A model generated the notes under the pieces. It worked only from the letters and a program-made list of their open reading frames with translations. It ran no database searches and was not told the origin of the DNA. A program made the position numbers and the translations under genes. Positions 59,359 to 64,000 of a stretch of DNA of 64,000 nucleotides are shown piece by piece. This stretch comes from Nitrospirota bacterium (GTDB lineage: Bacteria > Nitrospinota_A > UBA7883). Within the stretch, counting starts at the first letter, position 1. The number at the start of each line of letters is the position of its first letter. The DNA lies in assembly GCA_024275315.1 (NCBI GenBank), contig JAJRZK010000049.1, positions 74,577-138,576 of the forward strand, in the 5' to 3' direction.

Positions 59359-60082
59359 AAAAAACCGGCTCGTATTCATCGTCGCCATATCGACATGCCT
59401 GCTCTATGGATCGTGCGCGTCAAAAGATTCGATCCGCAAGCGAAGGTATGAGCGTCCCTCGGCTTCATCGTCCCAGCAATCTGCGGTTCGGCACAAGTAT
59501 CACGTAATCAAAAAAGGCGAGACACTCTACGGAATCGCGAAAAAATACGGTGTTTCCGTCAAGGAGATACAGCGGATCAACCGTATCAAAGACGCGCGTG
59601 ACATAGATGTCGGGAGAAAAATATACATACCCCGGCGCTCGAAAAGCGTATCCTCCAGGCCAAAACGCGTCGTTAAACCAAAATATACCTCCCCGAAAGC
59701 GTCTGTTCGATTTGTCTGGCCGGTAAAAAGGGTGGATATCTCCTCCCGGTACGGAGCCAGGACCAACGGAAGACATGATGGAATAGATTTAAGAGCGAGA
59801 AAAGGGACCCCCATATACGCGGCCGCCAGGGGCAAGGTGATTTTTTCCGGAACCGGGCCGACCGGCTACGGCAAGATGATCATCATCAAGCATGACAAAC
59901 GGACGATCACCATTTACGCCCACAACCAGAGGAACCTGGTGAAAAAAAACCGGTTCGTCAAAAGGGGGCAAAAAATCGGCGAGGTGGGCCGTTCCGGCAG
60001 GGCCACGGGGTACCACGTTCACTTTGAGATAAGGATAAACCGAAAACCGGTCAACCCGGAAAAATACCTCCCCCGCCGCTGA
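59345..60082 (+). CDS. LysM + M23 peptidase lipoprotein (NlpD-like; start uncertain)
   Basis: HVIKKGETLYGIAKKY LysM; HDGID, YAHN, HVHFEIR. Confidence 0.9.
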   Translation: MNLFRKNRLVFIVAISTCLLYGSCASKDSIRKRRYERPSASSSQQSAVRHKYHVIKKGETLYGIAKKYGVSVKEIQRINRIKDARDIDVGRKIYIPRRSKSVSSRPKRVVKPKYTSPKASVRFVWPVKRVDISSRYGARTNGRHDGIDLRARKGTPIYAAARGKVIFSGTGPTGYGKMIIIKHDKRTITIYAHNQRNLVKKNRFVKRGQKIGEVGRSGRATGYHVHFEIRINRKPVNPEKYLPRR

Positions 60083-60335
60083 AGCGTATATGTAAAATAT
60101 TACCTTTCTTATGCTGATTAATACCTTTGTTCCGGCCCGTAAAACCGCCGTTTCCGGCGTTGTTTTCCTCTTGACATTTAACCTGAAAAATAACAGAATT
60201 TGCTTTCCTCTGCGCAATCTGAATCGGGGCGAGGTTTCGCCGGCCGCAGGGGCGAAGGCGGCGCCTGGACGTCATCGAGGATTGCGCCGGATGGAATATT
60301 ATTACCCTGTTTGCGGCGTGGTGGTGAGGCTTATC

Positions 60336-62279
60336 ATGGGACTTAACGTTACTCAAAAAATACTGAAAGACCATCTTGTAGAAGGCGAGTTGAAAGCTGG
60401 CGAAAAAATCGCCATACGTATTGACCAGACTCTCACACAGGACGCCACGGGTACCATGGCTTACCTGGAGTTTGAGACGCTGGGGGTTGCCAGGGTGAAG
60501 ACCAAGCTCTCGGTTTCCTATGTCGATCACAACACGTTGCAGACCGATTTTAAAAACGCGGACGATCATCTGTACCTGCAATCCATCGCGGCGAAATACG
60601 GTATACATTTCTCCCGTCCCGGCAACGGCATCTGCCACCAGGTCCATCTGGAACGGTTCGGTGTCCCCGGGCAGACTCTTCTGGGGTCCGACAGCCACAC
60701 ACCCACCCAGGGCGGTATCGGCATGCTATCCATAGGCGCCGGAGGGCTGGACGTGGCCCTTGCCATGGCGGGCCAGCCATTTCACATGACCTGCCCGAAG
60801 GTTCTCAACGTTCGGCTTGAGGGCAAGCTCAGGCCCTGGGTGTCCGCCAAGGACATCATACTGGAGGTTCTCAGGCGGCTGTCCGTGAAGGGTGGTGTCG
60901 GCAAGGTAATAGAATATTCCGGACCGGCTGTGAAATCGCTGAGTGTGGCGGACCGGGCGACCATCACCAACATGGGAGCGGAGCTTGGCGCCACCACCTC
61001 TGTTTTCCCGAGCGACTCGAAAACCAGGGACTTTCTCAAGGCGCAGGGACGTGGAGAGAACTGGGTCGAGATCAAGGCGGATAAAAACTGTGAATATGAT
61101 GAGGGGATCGTCATCAGCCTCGACAAGCTCGATCCGATGGTGGCGCAACCGCACATGCCCGATAACGTTGTCGCAGTCAAGAAACTGAAGGGAAAGAAAG
61201 TTACGCAGGTGGCCATAGGGTCGTGCACCAACTCGTCGTATCGTGACCTGATGGTGGTGGCGAAAATGCTGAAAGGCAGGACCGTCCATCCCGGTCTGTC
61301 CCTGCTGGTGTCTCCCGGTAGCAAGCAGGTCTACAAGATGATATCCGACAATGGCGCGCTGGCGACCATGATAGAGGCTGGCGCCCGTATACTCGAGTCC
61401 GCCTGCGGCCCATGCATCGGGATGGGAGCGGCTCCCAACAGCGAAGGTGTGTCTGTAAGGACTTTCAACCGGAACTTCAAGGGAAGGTCCGGCACCGCCG
61501 ATGCGGGCATATACCTTGTCAGCCCGGAAACGGCGGCGGCCTGCGCCCTGACCGGGGCATTGTCGGACCCTCGCCATGTCGCCAAAAAGCTGGGGATAAA
61601 ACCGAAATCGATATCACTGCCGAAAAAATTCGATATCAATGACAACATGGTAATTTTTCCGATGAGTCCGGCCAAGTCGAAGAAAATAGAAATTGTCAGA
61701 GGCCCGAACATCGCCCCGTTGCCCAATTTCGATCCGTTGCCCGGCTCCCTGTCCGGCGTGGTTCTTCTCAAGACCGGCGACAACATCACAACGGACGACA
61801 TCATGCCCGCCGGAGCGAGAATTCTCCCGTTGCGGTCGAACATACCCGCCATTTCCGAGTTTGTTTTTGAACGGGTGGACAAGGAGTTTCCATCCCGGGC
61901 GAAAAACGTGTCGGGAGGATTCGTGATCGGCGGCGCCAACTATGGCCAGGGTTCCTCCAGGGAGCACGCGGCTATCGCGCCCAAATATCTGGGCGTCAAG
62001 GCGGTGATAGTAAAATCGTTCGCCAGGATTCACATGGCAAACCTGATCAACTTCGGTATATTGCCGCTTGTATTCAAGAACATATCCGACTACAACAAGA
62101 TAGACCAGGGCGACGAGCTCGAGGTGGACACATCGGAGTTGCATGGCGATATCATCGTTGTCAACAAAACCAAGGGAACGAGGATAGTGGTGACCCATTC
62201 GATGGGCCCCCGGGATATCGAGATGATGGCGGCCGGCGGCACGCTGGGATACGCCGCCTCCATGGCGGCTTCCTCGTGA
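60336..62279 (+). CDS. Aconitate hydratase (short Aquifex/mitochondrial-like type)
   Basis: TQDATGT, DHN, GICHQ, DSHT, GSCTN, CGPCIG, RNF, TTDDI, GSSREHA. Confidence 0.93.
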   Translation: MGLNVTQKILKDHLVEGELKAGEKIAIRIDQTLTQDATGTMAYLEFETLGVARVKTKLSVSYVDHNTLQTDFKNADDHLYLQSIAAKYGIHFSRPGNGICHQVHLERFGVPGQTLLGSDSHTPTQGGIGMLSIGAGGLDVALAMAGQPFHMTCPKVLNVRLEGKLRPWVSAKDIILEVLRRLSVKGGVGKVIEYSGPAVKSLSVADRATITNMGAELGATTSVFPSDSKTRDFLKAQGRGENWVEIKADKNCEYDEGIVISLDKLDPMVAQPHMPDNVVAVKKLKGKKVTQVAIGSCTNSSYRDLMVVAKMLKGRTVHPGLSLLVSPGSKQVYKMISDNGALATMIEAGARILESACGPCIGMGAAPNSEGVSVRTFNRNFKGRSGTADAGIYLVSPETAAACALTGALSDPRHVAKKLGIKPKSISLPKKFDINDNMVIFPMSPAKSKKIEIVRGPNIAPLPNFDPLPGSLSGVVLLKTGDNITTDDIMPAGARILPLRSNIPAISEFVFERVDKEFPSRAKNVSGGFVIGGANYGQGSSREHAAIAPKYLGVKAVIVKSFARIHMANLINFGILPLVFKNISDYNKIDQGDELEVDTSELHGDIIVVNKTKGTRIVVTHSMGPRDIEMMAAGGTLGYAASMAASS

Positions 62280-62414
62280 TGGCGTGACCGGTGATGGCTC
62301 CCTGACGGGAGGCTGTTTTATCGGTAAAGCGTTGTCTGGCCCGGGTGATTGTTTTTTGCGGCGGGATATGATTTTCACGACGTTACTTCAACAAATATAA
62401 ACGGGGATGAAAAT

Positions 62415-63344
62415 ATGGCTAAAAAGAAAATAACCGTAATCGGCGCAGGACACGTGGGCGCCACCACCGCCCAACTGATCGCATACAAGAAACTGGGACA
62501 CGTGTATATAGTCGATGTGCTCGAAGGCCTCCCGCAGGGCAAGGCGCTGGACCTTATGGAATCGGCCCCGCTTGAAGATTTCGATTCCAGGGTTGTCGGC
62601 CTGAACTCCTACGAGGAAACCGCAAACTCGGACGTGGTGGTCATGACCGCAGGCCTGGCCAGAAAGCCAGGCATGACCCGTGAAGACCTGCGGGATAAAA
62701 ATGCGGTGATCGTAAAATCCTGTTGCGAGCAGATCATTAAATATTCTCCCAACTGTTTCATGATAGTCGTGACCAACCCTCTGGACACCATGACATGGGT
62801 CGCAAAAAAGTACACGGGGTTGGACAAACATCGCATTCTCGGCATGGCCGGGGTGCTCGACTCCACCCGGTTCCGGTCCTTCATCTCCATGGAGCTTGGC
62901 GTGTCCAACGAAGATGTCCACGCCACGGTGCTGGGTCTGCACGGCGAGGACATGGTGCCGATGCCGCGTTTTTCATCTGTGGCGGATATCCCGATCACCG
63001 AGCTGTTGTCCAAAGAAAAGATCGACGAGCTGGTCGAAAGGACCAAGCATGGCGGCGCGGAGGTAGTGAAGCTGTTAAAGACCGGATCGGCCTATTACGC
63101 GCCCGCTTCATCGGTGGTCAACATGGTCGAATCCATAATCCTGGAGAAAAACCGGATTATTCCAGCAGCCGCCTATCTCGAAGGGGAATATGGTATTCAC
63201 GGCATGTTCATGGGGGTGCCGGTGAGGCTGAACTGGTCTGGTATCGCCGATATTATCGAGCTTCCGTTGACAGACGAGGAAAACGCCGCTCTCCAGAAAT
63301 CCGCAAATGCGGTCAGGGAATCGATGGCCAACCTCAGCGTCTGA
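62415..63344 (+). CDS. mdh: Malate dehydrogenase (LDH-like)
   Basis: GAGHVG, TAGLARKPGMTREDL, VTNPLD, LDSTR, GSAYYAP. Confidence 0.95.
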   Translation: MAKKKITVIGAGHVGATTAQLIAYKKLGHVYIVDVLEGLPQGKALDLMESAPLEDFDSRVVGLNSYEETANSDVVVMTAGLARKPGMTREDLRDKNAVIVKSCCEQIIKYSPNCFMIVVTNPLDTMTWVAKKYTGLDKHRILGMAGVLDSTRFRSFISMELGVSNEDVHATVLGLHGEDMVPMPRFSSVADIPITELLSKEKIDELVERTKHGGAEVVKLLKTGSAYYAPASSVVNMVESIILEKNRIIPAAAYLEGEYGIHGMFMGVPVRLNWSGIADIIELPLTDEENAALQKSANAVRESMANLSV

Positions 63345-63377
63345 CCCCATGGCGAATAACGGCTGTCGGTTTTGTTT

Positions 63378-64000
63378 ATGACCGAGGCGGAAAAGGGCGA
63401 CACGAAAGAACTGGCGGAACGGATCCGGCTTCTCGAGGAGCAGTTTGAACTGCGCGATCTGGTGTTGTCGATCATATCCCACGACCTCAAATCCCCGGTG
63501 TCATCCATAGTCGGTTTGCTAAGGTTGCTGTTAAAATCCAAATCGGATAACCTGACCGCCCGGCAGGTGGAAATTATTGAAACGCTGGAGCGCTCCGCCA
63601 CAGCTCATATGGAACTGGTGGAGAATATCATTGAGTTATCCCGTTTATTGCGTGGTAAAATCCACCTGTCTCCATCATTGGTGGATCCGGCCGGGTTGAT
63701 TGCGGAAATCACCCGGAGGTATGAACCGCTGGCCAGGGACAAAAATATCGATCTTGTCTGCGAGCGATCGGATACGGTCAAGGTCCATGTCGATATAAAG
63801 ATGATCACCAGGGCCCTTGGAAGGATAGTTACAAACTCAATCTGGTTTACAAAACCGGGAGGCAGTGTGAAAATGACGGCCGAAAGCGTTGGCTCTGGCC
63901 ATGTGGCTTTCGTTGTGGTCGATACCGGCGTCGGTATAGAGCAAAACCGGCTTAAGGATATTTTCGACCTCAATCACAGATACTTTACGCTCGGTACAGC
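63378..64000 (+). CDS. Histidine kinase (HisKA + HATPase), 3' truncated by window edge
   Basis: SHDLKSP H-box; NSIWFT N-box; DTGVGI G1-box. Confidence 0.85.
   Translation, partial: MTEAEKGDTKELAERIRLLEEQFELRDLVLSIISHDLKSPVSSIVGLLRLLLKSKSDNLTARQVEIIETLERSATAHMELVENIIELSRLLRGKIHLSPSLVDPAGLIAEITRRYEPLARDKNIDLVCERSDTVKVHVDIKMITRALGRIVTNSIWFTKPGGSVKMTAESVGSGHVAFVVVDTGVGIEQNRLKDIFDLNHRYFTLGT

Noticed and set aside
1..64000. Genome-wide TAG reassignment
   Set aside because: Several genes end in TAG at plausible C-termini (392, 10396, 11986, 21023, 23165, 49444)

Overview
64 kb of bacterial chromosome from a Gram-negative, probably microaerophilic or anaerobic organism. The lineage is inferred, not shown: many c-type cytochromes, SelB, a short Aquifex-type aconitase next to mdh, hemerythrin and an O2-independent ergothioneine pathway would fit Nitrospinota/Desulfobacterota-like bacteria. 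Left to right: a REC-GGDEF cyclase; a hemerythrin and a cheW-parA-cheA-cheB operon, divergent from a porin / binding protein / MCP / heme-MCP operon; rtcB and a DEAD-box helicase; an eight-gene cytochrome c / thiol-redox / putative copper-handling cluster with one gene interrupted by an in-frame TAG; tRNA-Asp; selB; marR-CDGSH-yceI; an AT-richer nucleoside-deoxyribosyltransferase-like candidate defence gene; a molybdopterin oxidoreductase-cysteine desulfurase fusion (MES type) with egtD; pncAB; an Asn-Pro-Cys-repeat cytochrome with a pentaheme partner; LPS glycosyltransferases; a pilin; dgt; aconitase; mdh; and a truncated histidine kinase. There are four unrelated tandem-repeat arrays (17, 18, 20 and 76 bp units). 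No CRISPR array, integrase or transposase was seen. All calls come from motif reading; no database searches were run.
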